64,000 nt of DNA from an uncultured Hyphomicrobiales bacterium (lineage in GTDB: Bacteria > Pseudomonadota > Alphaproteobacteria > Rhizobiales > TMED25), in the NCBI GenBank assembly GCA_905181735.1, contig CAJIYR010000006.1, positions 64,803-128,802 on the forward strand, given 5' to 3'. Below, piece by piece: positions 29,512 to 38,751 of this stretch. The notes under the pieces are model-generated. The model saw only the letters and a program-made list of their open reading frames with translations. It had not been told where the DNA came from and made no database searches. The position numbers and the translations under genes are program-made. Numbering within the stretch: the stretch's first letter is position 1; each line of letters opens with the position of its first letter.

Positions 29512-30288
29512 TTATGATGAAATCCTCTTGATTTCACAAATCTTGTTGCTATTTTGGCTTATTCTACTATCGGCATCTGTAAGTTTTTCAATTCTTGTAT
29601 CCATTGAGAAGCTATTGGCATGAATTATATTTTTATCGGACACCATGATGCCAACATGTCCTTCCCAAAAGATAAGATCTCCTCTTTTTAGATTATTAAA
29701 ATAGGTTTCTAATGGGATATTTTTACCCAACACTTGCTTTTGTAGTTCGCTATCTCTAGGACACTCATAACCTGAATTCATTAACGATAATTGTACCAAT
29801 CCAGAACAATCAATCCCAAAACTTGTTCTTCCTCCCCATTTGTAGGGTGTGTTTGTAAACTTAATTGCTGTGTCTATATAATTGTTATTTTTTTTTGATT
29901 TTAGATCTATATGCCTAGTAAAGACATAACTATCATTATTTAGCTTTGAAAAACCTCTAACTTCATCAACCACTGTTATTAATGAATTGATGCTTAAAAT
30001 ACCTGTTGTTACTGATTTTATATCTGGTTTAGAATACATATATGTTCTTAATTCTGAAACATAATGTGTGTGTTTATAGTCTTCAGTCGATATCGAATTA
30101 ATGGAAATAAATCCTTCATAATTATCGCTTTCTAATTTCCCAAACAACCAATTTTTAAATGTTTTTTTTAATATAAAATTTTCACCATACAATGCTTCTG
30201 ACATGGTTTCAGAATCTATGTTAGGACTACATTTAATCGGAGTATAATTATCGATAATTTTTAATCTCTGACCAGTAAAAAATTTCAT
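29512..30288 (-). CDS. SH3b + NlpC/P60 (C40) cysteine peptidase
   Basis: The C-terminal NlpC/P60 core is GIDCSGLV...GDLIFW...HVGIM...IHAN (Cys/His/His). The N-terminal half is SH3-like. No signal peptide is evident. Confidence 0.75.
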   Translation of the reverse strand: MKFFTGQRLKIIDNYTPIKCSPNIDSETMSEALYGENFILKKTFKNWLFGKLESDNYEGFISINSISTEDYKHTHYVSELRTYMYSKPDIKSVTTGILSINSLITVVDEVRGFSKLNNDSYVFTRHIDLKSKKNNNYIDTAIKFTNTPYKWGGRTSFGIDCSGLVQLSLMNSGYECPRDSELQKQVLGKNIPLETYFNNLKRGDLIFWEGHVGIMVSDKNIIHANSFSMDTRIEKLTDADSRISQNSNKICEIKRISS

Positions 30289-30327
30289 TCAAATTACCAT
30301 CATATAAAATATATATTAGAAATTTAT

Positions 30328-31707
30328 CTAATTATAATTTTTCTTTAAAAAACTAAATAGAGTTCTAATTCCTTGCGCGGCCCCTCCCTTGGAAGAGAAT
30401 CTATGCGATCCAGGATTCCACGCGTAGATGTCAAAGTGAATATAAGTATTAGTTTTTTTCACAAATCTTTTTAGAAATTCTGCAGCTATAATTGATCCAG
30501 CGAATGGCTTGGCTGGTGCATTGTTGATGTCGGCTAAATCCTCATTTAACCAATTATTATAAGGCTCCCAATAAGGCATATGCCATATAGGGTCTTCCTC
30601 TTCTAACGATATCTCCATTAGATCATTAGCCATAATTTTATTTTTTGTATAAAAGGGAGGCAATTCAGGTCCAAGGGCTACTCTAGCTGCCCCTGTTAAT
30701 GTTGCCATATCAATCATTATTTCAGGACTATCTTCATCACCTAACGCTAATGCGTCGGCTAATATCAATCTTCCTTCTGCATCCGTATTGCCAATTTCAA
30801 TAGTTGTACCATTTCTACTCGTTAAAATATCTCCCGGTCTAAATGAATTTGAACTTATATTGTTTTCTACAATAGGGATTATTACACGAAGGTTGATTTT
30901 TAAGTTAGCATGCATAATCATATAGGCGAGACCTAATATGTTCGCGCCACCTCCCATATCTTTCTTCATGATTGACATTGCATTGCCAGGTTTTATATTC
31001 AGCCCACCTGTGTCAAAGGTAACCGCTTTGCCAACTAAAGTTATCTTTGGATGATTTGAGTCGCCCCATTTCATATCTATAATTCGTGGTTCATACTCTC
31101 CAGCTCTGCCAACTGCGTGAATTAAAGGAAAATTATGCTTTAATAATTCATCGCCAACTATTTCTTTTGTATTGGCATTGAATTTCTCTGAAATTTTGAA
31201 AATTTCTGATGACATTTTTTCGGGGTTCATAACATTAGCAGGCTGGTTTATCATATCAATTGCAAGAGCACAGCCACTAGCAATATTGCAGACATCATCT
31301 CTTAGCAATGGATCATCCACATTTAATCTTACATTATATTCACTTTTTGAAATACTTGATGTGTTGTAATTGCTCATTAACCAACTGTATGCAGCTAAAC
31401 TCAATTTTTCTTTATTATTGGCAAAATAGTACAAACCTGCGGGTAGTATTTTAGGAAGAAGATACATGCTCAGCCCATTGTATGGACTACTTTCTTTTTC
31501 TTTTCCAATTAATACAGATATAATCTTTCCTTTGGCGTCAGGAATTATAAGGTATTTTCCGGGTTTTGCTTCATACTGATTTGATAAAATCCATTGCATG
31601 GCCAAAGGATCGTTACTAATGGCTTTCGGCAATTTTTTTGATTCTATTATATAGATAGGGATTGAATTATGTTTCTGTTCTAAAGTTATATTATTCTCAA
31701 AATTCAT
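30328..31707 (-). CDS. M17 leucyl aminopeptidase family protein
   Basis: Motifs VGKAVTFDTGGLNIK, NTDAEGRL and MKKDMGGGA. Confidence 0.87.
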   Translation of the reverse strand: MNFENNITLEQKHNSIPIYIIESKKLPKAISNDPLAMQWILSNQYEAKPGKYLIIPDAKGKIISVLIGKEKESSPYNGLSMYLLPKILPAGLYYFANNKEKLSLAAYSWLMSNYNTSSISKSEYNVRLNVDDPLLRDDVCNIASGCALAIDMINQPANVMNPEKMSSEIFKISEKFNANTKEIVGDELLKHNFPLIHAVGRAGEYEPRIIDMKWGDSNHPKITLVGKAVTFDTGGLNIKPGNAMSIMKKDMGGGANILGLAYMIMHANLKINLRVIIPIVENNISSNSFRPGDILTSRNGTTIEIGNTDAEGRLILADALALGDEDSPEIMIDMATLTGAARVALGPELPPFYTKNKIMANDLMEISLEEEDPIWHMPYWEPYNNWLNEDLADINNAPAKPFAGSIIAAEFLKRFVKKTNTYIHFDIYAWNPGSHRFSSKGGAAQGIRTLFSFLKKNYN

Positions 31708-31738
31708 TGATTATATCGCCTTTTTAGTAGTGTATTAG

Positions 31739-32203
31739 TTAGTATATATTCGATTCTATTCCGGCTGCCATTGTTGCGCCTAAGGTATGGCATTGTTCAG
31801 AAAATTCTTGATTCCAATCACCTTTTAAAATAACTGGTTTTTGTATTTGTTTCCATTTTAATCCAGTAATTATTTTTTTGATATTCATATCAGTGCTTGT
31901 CCCATCATGGCCAGCTCTAATATAAATAGCGTAAGGCAGACCTTCCGTTTTTTCTAGGCACTCATAATAAATTCGATCAAAGAAGTCTTTTATCATTCCA
32001 CTCATATAACCAAGATTTTCAGTGGTTCCAATTATTATTCCAGAAGAATTTAGTACACAATTATGATCTGCCTTGGAGGCTTCATAGTCTTGGACGTCAA
32101 TTAAATTAGATTGTATAGATTTTGCACCAAGCGTGGTTTGGTTAAGTAGTAGCTTAGTATTGATTGATGGTGTATTAGCAATGATAGTTAATTTTTTTTT
32201 CAT
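31739..32203 (-). CDS. Flavodoxin-like fold / NAD(P)H-dependent FMN reductase-like protein
   Basis: About 154 aa starting at MKKKLTIIANTPS. Flavodoxin-like pattern (IIIGTTENLGYMSGMIKDFFDR). The start is chosen at the internal ATG. Confidence 0.55.
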   Translation of the reverse strand: MKKKLTIIANTPSINTKLLLNQTTLGAKSIQSNLIDVQDYEASKADHNCVLNSSGIIIGTTENLGYMSGMIKDFFDRIYYECLEKTEGLPYAIYIRAGHDGTSTDMNIKKIITGLKWKQIQKPVILKGDWNQEFSEQCHTLGATMAAGIESNIY

Positions 32204-32295
32204 TTTGCAATATATATTAATCACTATTAAAATATCAGTTTGATATCTAATATTTTATACTATATTAGTTTAAAGTACACAAAATATGGCACATA

Positions 32296-32370
32296 TGGTG
32301 CCGCAGGAGAGGATTGAACACTCGACCTCACCCTTACCAAGGGTGCGCTCTACCACTGAGCTACTGCGGC
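32296..32370 (-). tRNA. tRNA-Thr (anticodon GGU)
   Basis: The reverse complement GCCGCAGTAGCTCAGTGGTAGAGCGCACCCTTGGTAAGGGTGAGGTCGAGTGTTCAATCCTCTCCTGCGGCACCA folds as a cloverleaf. It has a 7-bp acceptor stem, anticodon loop TTGGTAA and an encoded CCA. There is one U-U mismatch in the T stem. Confidence 0.9.
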
Positions 32371-32486
32371 GAATGGAATATAATTGCCATACAAGATATT
32401 ATATAGCAAATATATAATTATTTTATTAGATATTATTAGGTTTGTATCTTTATTTTAAGAAATTATAATTTATAAAGAAATGCAAT

Positions 32487-32636
32487 ATGGACAATAAAAA
32501 AAAAGATAAGGATATATTAAGTGAAGCGCTTAGAGAAAATTTAAAGCGAAGAAAAACGCAATCGAAAGATAGAATAAAAATAAATCTTGCAAAGCAGGTA
32601 GATAAAAATACAAAACAAGATCTAGATAGAAAATAA
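32487..32636 (+). CDS. Small highly basic hypothetical protein (49 aa)
   Basis: Not in the ORF track. ATG...TAA encodes MDNKKKDKDILSEALRENLKRRKTQSKDRIKINLAKQVDKNTKQDLDRK. It fills an otherwise empty spacer upstream of murA. Coding status is unproven. Confidence 0.4.
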   Translation: MDNKKKDKDILSEALRENLKRRKTQSKDRIKINLAKQVDKNTKQDLDRK

Positions 32637-32667
32637 TCAATTTATTTATTATAAGAGGCTGGTTTAA

Positions 32668-33963
32668 ATGGATAGAATTAAAATTATTGGTGGATCTAAA
32701 TTAATAGGGTCAATACCTATTTCTGGTGCTAAAAATGCAGCTCTACCATTAATGATTGCAAGCCTATTATCCGAAGGAACTCTAACGTTAAAGAATATTC
32801 CTCATTTAGCAGACATAACTTTATTGTCACGAATACTAGGAGACCTTGGCGCAAACATCACAATAGATGGAAGAGGATCACAAGGTGTCGACGATGAAAT
32901 TAGTGGCGTTACGATGCATATTAATGTACCAAAAATTTCTAATTTTTTTGCTAAATATGAGCTCGTATCTAAAATGAGAGCAGGATTTTGGGTAATCGGT
33001 CCATTATTAGCAAGAACAGGAAGGGCAAAAGTTTCATTACCGGGGGGCTGTGCAATCGGCACAAGGCCAGTTGATTTGCATCTTAAGGCTCTTCAAGAGC
33101 TAGGAGCTGATATAAAATTAGAGGATGGATATGTAAATGCTGCAGCACCTAATGGACTAAAGGGGGCTAGAATAAAATTCCCAAAAGTTTCAGTTGGAGC
33201 AACTCATAATATACTGATGGCATCAACACTTGCTAGCGGACAAACTATTATTGAAAATGCAGCCAAAGAACCTGAAGTAGTAGATCTAGTTAGATGTTTA
33301 AGGGCAATGGGTGCAAACATTGAAGGAGAAGGCACTTCAGTGATTAATATTGAGGGTGTAACCCAGTTAAATTCTGCAGAACACACAGTCCTACCTGATA
33401 GAATTGAGGCGGGGACATATGCGATGGCCGTAGCTATGACTGGAGGAAGCCTAACTCTGATGAATGTAAATGGTAAGAATCTTCAATACCCATTAAATAT
33501 TATGAAGGCAATGGGAGTTGAGTGCTTAGAACATAGTAATAATTTGCATATAACCCAAAGTAATAATAATCTTAAGCCAATTGATATTGAAACAAATCCT
33601 TATCCCGGTTTTCCTACTGATTTGCAAGCTCAAATTATGGCCATGATGACTCAAGCAGATGGTTTGTCAAGAATACGTGAGACAATTTTTGAAAATAGAT
33701 TTATGCATGTGCAGGAACTTGCTAGATTGGGAGCGGATATAACGTTAGATGGTGACATGGCTATAATTAAAGGTGTTACAAAATTACAAGGAGCTCAAGT
33801 TATGGCAACTGATTTAAGGGCCTCCGTCTCTCTTGTAATTGCAGCATTGGCGGCTAAGGGTGAAACTATTGTAAATAGAGTTTATCATCTTGATAGAGGT
33901 TTCGAAGATATAGAAAAGAAGTTATCTAGATGTGGTGCTATAATTGAGCGTTTAACAGATTAG
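32668..33963 (+). CDS. murA: UDP-N-acetylglucosamine 1-carboxyvinyltransferase
   Basis: Contains ISGAKNAALP, the catalytic loop LPGGCAIGTRPVDLH and an EPT-family repeat architecture. Confidence 0.95.
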   Translation: MDRIKIIGGSKLIGSIPISGAKNAALPLMIASLLSEGTLTLKNIPHLADITLLSRILGDLGANITIDGRGSQGVDDEISGVTMHINVPKISNFFAKYELVSKMRAGFWVIGPLLARTGRAKVSLPGGCAIGTRPVDLHLKALQELGADIKLEDGYVNAAAPNGLKGARIKFPKVSVGATHNILMASTLASGQTIIENAAKEPEVVDLVRCLRAMGANIEGEGTSVINIEGVTQLNSAEHTVLPDRIEAGTYAMAVAMTGGSLTLMNVNGKNLQYPLNIMKAMGVECLEHSNNLHITQSNNNLKPIDIETNPYPGFPTDLQAQIMAMMTQADGLSRIRETIFENRFMHVQELARLGADITLDGDMAIIKGVTKLQGAQVMATDLRASVSLVIAALAAKGETIVNRVYHLDRGFEDIEKKLSRCGAIIERLTD

Positions 33964-33993
33964 AGTGTAAGATTTTATAGTTAGGAAAGAATT

Positions 33994-35307
33994 ATGCCAA
34001 AATACTTGAAGACATCTTCAAAAAATTTTGAAAAAGAATTTTATGATATATTAGAAAATAAAGCTGAACTTTCAGAAGAAATAGACGTTGCTGTTCGTCA
34101 AATTATAAAAGAAGTAAGAGCTAAAGGTGATGAAGCTCTAATTAATTATACAAATAAATACGATATAAATAAATTAACCATTGAAACAATTAAAATTAGC
34201 TCAAATGAAATAGATAATATATTTGATAAATGCGATAAGGAAACAATAGAAGCGTTATTATTTGCCTATAAGAGAATATATGCACACCATAATAAGAATT
34301 TACCAAAAGATCATAATTACATTGATGAATTGGGAGTAGAGCTAGGAACAAAGTGGACACCCATTGAATCTGTTGGGATATATGTTCCTGGGGGAAAAGC
34401 AAACTACCCAAGTTCAGTTCTTATGAATGCGGTTCCAGCGATTGTAGCCGGCGCTAGTCGAATTGCCATGGTTGTTCCGTCGATGAATAACAATTTAAAT
34501 CCATTGGTAATTGCAGCAGCGAAGATTTGTGGAATTACTGAGATATATAAGATTGGGGGCGCACAGGCAATTGCTGCCCTTGCTTATGGAACGGAAACTA
34601 TAAAAGCAGTAGATCTTATTGTTGGGCCAGGGAATAAATACGTAGCTGCAGCAAAAAAACAAGTATTCGGTAAGGTTGGTATTGATATGATTGCTGGACC
34701 TTCGGAATTGTTAGTCATTGGCGATTCTGAATCTAATGCTAACTGGATTGCAGCTGATTTGCTTGCGCAAGCTGAACACGATGAAGAGGCTCAATCGATA
34801 TTTGTAACTACGAATCCAGAAGTAGCAAAACAAGTTGACGAATCAGTGACTTCTTTGTTGGAAAATAGTCTAAAAGATAGCATTGCTAATAAAAGTTGGA
34901 AGGATAAAGGGGCTATTATTTTATGTAATTCAGATCAAGAGATTGTTAATATTGTAAATAAGATTGCTCCTGAGCATCTTGAGCTAAATGTAAATAATAT
35001 AGAATATTATGAAAAACACATAAGAAATGCAGGGGCTATTTTTAAAGGAATTTATACTCCTGAAGCAATAGGTGATTATGTAGCTGGAACAAATCATGTA
35101 TTGCCAACAGCTAGATCAGCAAGGTATGCTTCAGGTTTAGGTGTTATTAATTACATGAAAAGAACTTCTATTATAAAATGTAACCCTGATAACCTTAATT
35201 TGTTAGCGCCAAAAGCTATCCAAATAGCAAGAGCAGAAGGTTTATATGCTCATGCAGAATCTCTTGCAATAAGACTCAATATCAATAATCTAAAAAGTAA
35301 AAATTAA
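33994..35307 (+). CDS. hisD: Histidinol dehydrogenase
   Basis: Motifs VPGGKANYPSSVLM, AGPSE, QAEHD and HVLPT. Confidence 0.95.
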   Translation: MPKYLKTSSKNFEKEFYDILENKAELSEEIDVAVRQIIKEVRAKGDEALINYTNKYDINKLTIETIKISSNEIDNIFDKCDKETIEALLFAYKRIYAHHNKNLPKDHNYIDELGVELGTKWTPIESVGIYVPGGKANYPSSVLMNAVPAIVAGASRIAMVVPSMNNNLNPLVIAAAKICGITEIYKIGGAQAIAALAYGTETIKAVDLIVGPGNKYVAAAKKQVFGKVGIDMIAGPSELLVIGDSESNANWIAADLLAQAEHDEEAQSIFVTTNPEVAKQVDESVTSLLENSLKDSIANKSWKDKGAIILCNSDQEIVNIVNKIAPEHLELNVNNIEYYEKHIRNAGAIFKGIYTPEAIGDYVAGTNHVLPTARSARYASGLGVINYMKRTSIIKCNPDNLNLLAPKAIQIARAEGLYAHAESLAIRLNINNLKSKN

Positions 35308-35349
35308 TACATACAATAATTAATATTCATTCAGAAATACGTGCGTTAT

Positions 35350-35952
35350 ATGAACTCAAAATTAAAGCTTATTTTAGCAAGCAAGTCAGAAAGACGAATA
35401 CAAATACTTGGTGACTTGGGTATTGTTCCTGATATTGTTCTTCCGGCCAATATTGATGAGACTATTAATAAGGGTGAAACGCCAAGCTCTTTATCTGTTA
35501 GGCTAGCTAACGAAAAAGCTACCCACATATATCAGTTAAGAAAAAATAATATGGAAGATTCTTTGATATTATCAGCCGATACAGTTGTTGCTGTTGGAAG
35601 AAGGGTTATAGAAAAACCTAGCTCTGCTTCGGAGGCTTATAAAGCAATAAAATTGTTATCGGGAAAGAATCATAAAGTATATACTTGCGTTTGTATTATA
35701 AATGCCAAGGGCAACTATTACAAAAAATTAGTTGAAACTAGAGTAAAGTTTAAACACTTAAGCGAAGAAGAAATAAAATATTACATAAAAACTAACGATT
35801 GGGTCGATAAAGCAGGTGGATATGCCATACAAGGAAAGGCTCAATCTTTTATCATTAAAATTTCTGGTTCCTATAGTTCTGTTGTTGGGCTTCCTGCGTA
35901 TGAGACTATCCATTTATTAAGAGGTCTTGGATATGATGTTCATAAGAATTAA
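35350..35952 (+). CDS. maf: Maf-like nucleoside triphosphate pyrophosphatase
   Basis: Contains LILASKSERR, ADTVV and GGYAIQG. I prefer the ATG at 35350. The GTG at 35341 is possible. Confidence 0.85.
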   Translation: MNSKLKLILASKSERRIQILGDLGIVPDIVLPANIDETINKGETPSSLSVRLANEKATHIYQLRKNNMEDSLILSADTVVAVGRRVIEKPSSASEAYKAIKLLSGKNHKVYTCVCIINAKGNYYKKLVETRVKFKHLSEEEIKYYIKTNDWVDKAGGYAIQGKAQSFIIKISGSYSSVVGLPAYETIHLLRGLGYDVHKN

Positions 35953-36008
35953 TGATAATCAATTTTTTCTTAATTCACCTAACAAACAATCTTTAGAGAA
36001 CAAAACCT

Positions 36009-36416
36009 ATGATTCGTAGAAATGTGTTTATTGGCTTAGTTCTATGTATAGTTTTTATCACGTGTGCTATGCTTTTGTTTAATGAATTTAAAGTGGTATC
36101 ACAAAAAGAGAAGATGCAAAGGCATCAAGAGGATTGGATTAGCTTTGGATATAAAGATAATGACCTACGGGTTTATTTTGATTATCTTGCAGATTTTTCC
36201 TGTATTATAAAAGAAGTTAGATACGGTATAAATGATAGTCTGCCATTAAACCTCTTAGTAATTCCATCATGTGAAAGTATTAAAAATATAAAGGCTCTTG
36301 ATTTAGAGTTATATCGGACTATTCCGCCTTCAACAAAAAAAATGAGTATTTTATTAAGATATAATGATAACACGCAATCTCCTGTTTCATTCTATAATAT
36401 CAAAATAATTGATTGA
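36009..36416 (+). CDS. Hypothetical membrane-anchored protein
   Basis: 135 aa with a single N-terminal hydrophobic helix. No recognisable family. Confidence 0.5.
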   Translation: MIRRNVFIGLVLCIVFITCAMLLFNEFKVVSQKEKMQRHQEDWISFGYKDNDLRVYFDYLADFSCIIKEVRYGINDSLPLNLLVIPSCESIKNIKALDLELYRTIPPSTKKMSILLRYNDNTQSPVSFYNIKIID

Positions 36417-36489
36417 TATACATAGATTGTCCTACTATTTTAGGAATGCTATTAATAAATAGAATTTAATTGGCAAAATTGAACTGATA

Positions 36490-36687
36490 ATGAAAAAAGA
36501 AAATAGTAAAATTGTTAGCTTGTGCCCTGTATGCAATGTGACTTCGCACGTTGATTATCAGCCGTTTTGTTCAAGAAGATGTGCCGATAAAGATCTGTTA
36601 AAATGGTTAAATGGAGAATACTATATTCCTGGTATAGAGCTTTTAGATCTTGATGATAATGGCGGTGATGGTGGTATAGACAACTAA
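36490..36687 (+). CDS. yacG: DNA gyrase inhibitor YacG (zinc-finger)
   Basis: Contains CPVC...17 aa...CSRRC followed by DLLKWL, with an acidic tail. Confidence 0.8.
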   Translation: MKKENSKIVSLCPVCNVTSHVDYQPFCSRRCADKDLLKWLNGEYYIPGIELLDLDDNGGDGGIDN

Positions 36688-36764
36688 AATGATTTATAAT
36701 TAAAAGACTATCTAGACTTATTGGTTAAAAGTTCCTATAAGAAATAAATATTTTTTTTATTTAT

Positions 36765-36840
36765 GCCCCGATAGCTCAGTTGGTAGAGCAAACGACTGAA
36801 AATCGTTGTGTCCCTAGTTCAAATCTAGGTCGGGGCACCA
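36765..36840 (+). tRNA. tRNA-Phe (anticodon GAA)
   Basis: GCCCCGATAGCTCAGTTGGTAGAGCAAACGACTGAAAATCGTTGTGTCCCTAGTTCAAATCTAGGTCGGGGCACCA folds as a perfect cloverleaf. The anticodon loop is CTGAAAA and CCA is encoded. Confidence 0.93.
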
Positions 36841-36858
36841 CACCTTATTAATTGCAAA

Positions 36859-38184
36859 TTACCCAAATACTAAATTAGGAAGATATGTTGCTATTATTGG
36901 AAATTTTATTAATAAGAAAACAGCAAATAGCATAATTAACCAATAGGGAATTGAATGGTAAAATATTTCTCCTATTTTTATTTTATTATCATTCGCGGCT
37001 ACTTTTACGGTATAGACTAATATGCCAAATGGCGGGGTTAAAAGGCCTGCTTCTATTGCGATAATACCAATTATAGCAAACGCAAGGGGTTCAATTCCTA
37101 GAGAAACGGCGATAGGCTCAAATATTGTTACCGTTAATAGCATAATTGAAATACTATCTATTATCATGCCTAAGATAAACCATATAAGTATCATTAAGCA
37201 TAATATACCAGCAAATCCAAGTCCAGTTGCTAAGAAGACATCGCTTATTTCATTAGTAACACCTGTCATAGCAAGTGTTCGAGAATATAGTGAAGCTGTT
37301 AAAAGTAGCAATAAAATTGGTGCAGAAGTTTTTCCAACCTGCAGTATAGTGTCAATAATTTCTCTTTTAGTTATTCCTTTTACGATAGCCAACATTAAGC
37401 CCATTGCGGCCCCAACACCTGCCCCTTCGGTCGGTGAAAACCAACCCATCCAGATGCCGCCGAGAACAACAAAAATAACGGAGAGTATCCCTATAACACT
37501 AATCCAAACATTTCCAATAGTGTCATCTTCATCAATGGTGACTGGATTTTCTACACCAATACCTACCATTTTAGGTCTCAGTAGTGATAAAAATATTATA
37601 TACAACAGAAATAATGTTGTAAGCATTATACCAGGAAGAACGCCTGCTAGAAATATTTTACCTATAGATCTCTCTGTTAAGATTCCCCAAACAATCATTA
37701 GTACACTTGGTGGTATTAACATTCCTAAGCAACTTGATCCTGTTATAGAGCCCAATGCAAAACCTCTATTGTAACCATGACGTTTCATTTCAGGGTACGC
37801 TATGCGAGTAAAAGCGGCAGCTGATGCAATTGATACACCAGTAACAAATGAAAAAATTGCATTTCCTATCACAGTTGCAAAAGCTAGGCGTCCAGGTAGG
37901 CGTCTAAGCCCCCTCTGTAATCCCCGATATATATCTGTGATCGCACCAGATTTTGAAATAAATTCTCCCATTAACATGAAAAGCGGAATCACAGCAAATA
38001 CATAATTACGCAATGCTTCAAATGATGTGCTCCCAACCATCTTTTGAACGATTACCATATTACCGGTAACCATATAAATCCCAATAATACTTGTAACACC
38101 CAATGCTATCGCAATATGAACGCCTATTGCTACAAAAACTAGCAAAGATGCAATTAATAAAACAGCTATATTTACATCAAACAT
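36859..38184 (-). CDS. dctM: TRAP transporter large permease subunit
   Basis: 441 aa polytopic membrane protein. It overlaps the dctQ stop by 8 nt. Confidence 0.85.
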   Translation of the reverse strand: MFDVNIAVLLIASLLVFVAIGVHIAIALGVTSIIGIYMVTGNMVIVQKMVGSTSFEALRNYVFAVIPLFMLMGEFISKSGAITDIYRGLQRGLRRLPGRLAFATVIGNAIFSFVTGVSIASAAAFTRIAYPEMKRHGYNRGFALGSITGSSCLGMLIPPSVLMIVWGILTERSIGKIFLAGVLPGIMLTTLFLLYIIFLSLLRPKMVGIGVENPVTIDEDDTIGNVWISVIGILSVIFVVLGGIWMGWFSPTEGAGVGAAMGLMLAIVKGITKREIIDTILQVGKTSAPILLLLLTASLYSRTLAMTGVTNEISDVFLATGLGFAGILCLMILIWFILGMIIDSISIMLLTVTIFEPIAVSLGIEPLAFAIIGIIAIEAGLLTPPFGILVYTVKVAANDNKIKIGEIFYHSIPYWLIMLFAVFLLIKFPIIATYLPNLVFG

Positions 38185-38692
38185 TCATATTGCCCTCAGT
38201 CGAAACATCTTTAATTTCAAAGATATCAGCTACTGCTAATGCAATATAATTTATACAACATAGGAAGCCGCCAACAATTATCATAAATCTAGTTGGCCAT
38301 GCAGGAACTTTTAGTGCACCCTCTCCGTCGTATTCATTTTCAACCCAAGATTGAATAGCTAAGTCCCAGCTACCAGTAATAACAACTAAAAAGAAAAATA
38401 ATCCTAATGAATAACTTATAGATAGCATTATTTTTTTAACTATAAGCGGAACTCTTGATAAAAGCATATCAGAATGTAACATTGATCTAGATCGTATGGC
38501 ATAGCCAGCTTGGAGAAATACAATTATTACAATTGAATTTGCTACTATTTCTCTTGTGCCATGAAGAGGGCTGTTAAACACCCCTCTTGCAATAATATCT
38601 GCTAATATAATGAAGGCTAAAAAGAAGGCCCAAACTGCAGCTGTTACCATGAGAGATTTTGCGATTTTATCGCTATAGCTAAGGAAAAGCAT
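38177..38692 (-). CDS. dctQ: TRAP transporter small permease subunit
   Basis: 171 aa with 4 TM segments, positioned between the P and M subunits. Confidence 0.8.
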   Translation of the reverse strand: MLFLSYSDKIAKSLMVTAAVWAFFLAFIILADIIARGVFNSPLHGTREIVANSIVIIVFLQAGYAIRSRSMLHSDMLLSRVPLIVKKIMLSISYSLGLFFFLVVITGSWDLAIQSWVENEYDGEGALKVPAWPTRFMIIVGGFLCCINYIALAVADIFEIKDVSTEGNMNV

Positions 38693-38751
38693 GATTTGTT
38701 ACCATATTAATAATGGCGATACATTATTAATGTATCGCCATTATATTTCTC

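Noticed and set aside
32285-32301. TGGCAC-ATATG-GTGC, resembling a sigma-54 -24/-12 promoter (TGGCAC-N5-TTGC).
   Set aside because: The -12 element is GTGC rather than TTGC. The 3' half is simply the complement of the tRNA-Thr CCA/acceptor end. The nearest downstream + strand gene start is about 190 nt away.
37022-37774. A 250-aa ORF on the + strand, antisense to dctM. Similar long antisense ORFs occur at 27226-27753, 60242-60790, 41932-42303, 52324-52680, 47037-47393 and 49021-49438.
   Set aside because: All lie entirely inside well-supported genes on the opposite strand and have low-complexity, Ile/Ser/Pro-rich translations with no motifs. They are typical shadow ORFs of a compositionally biased genome.
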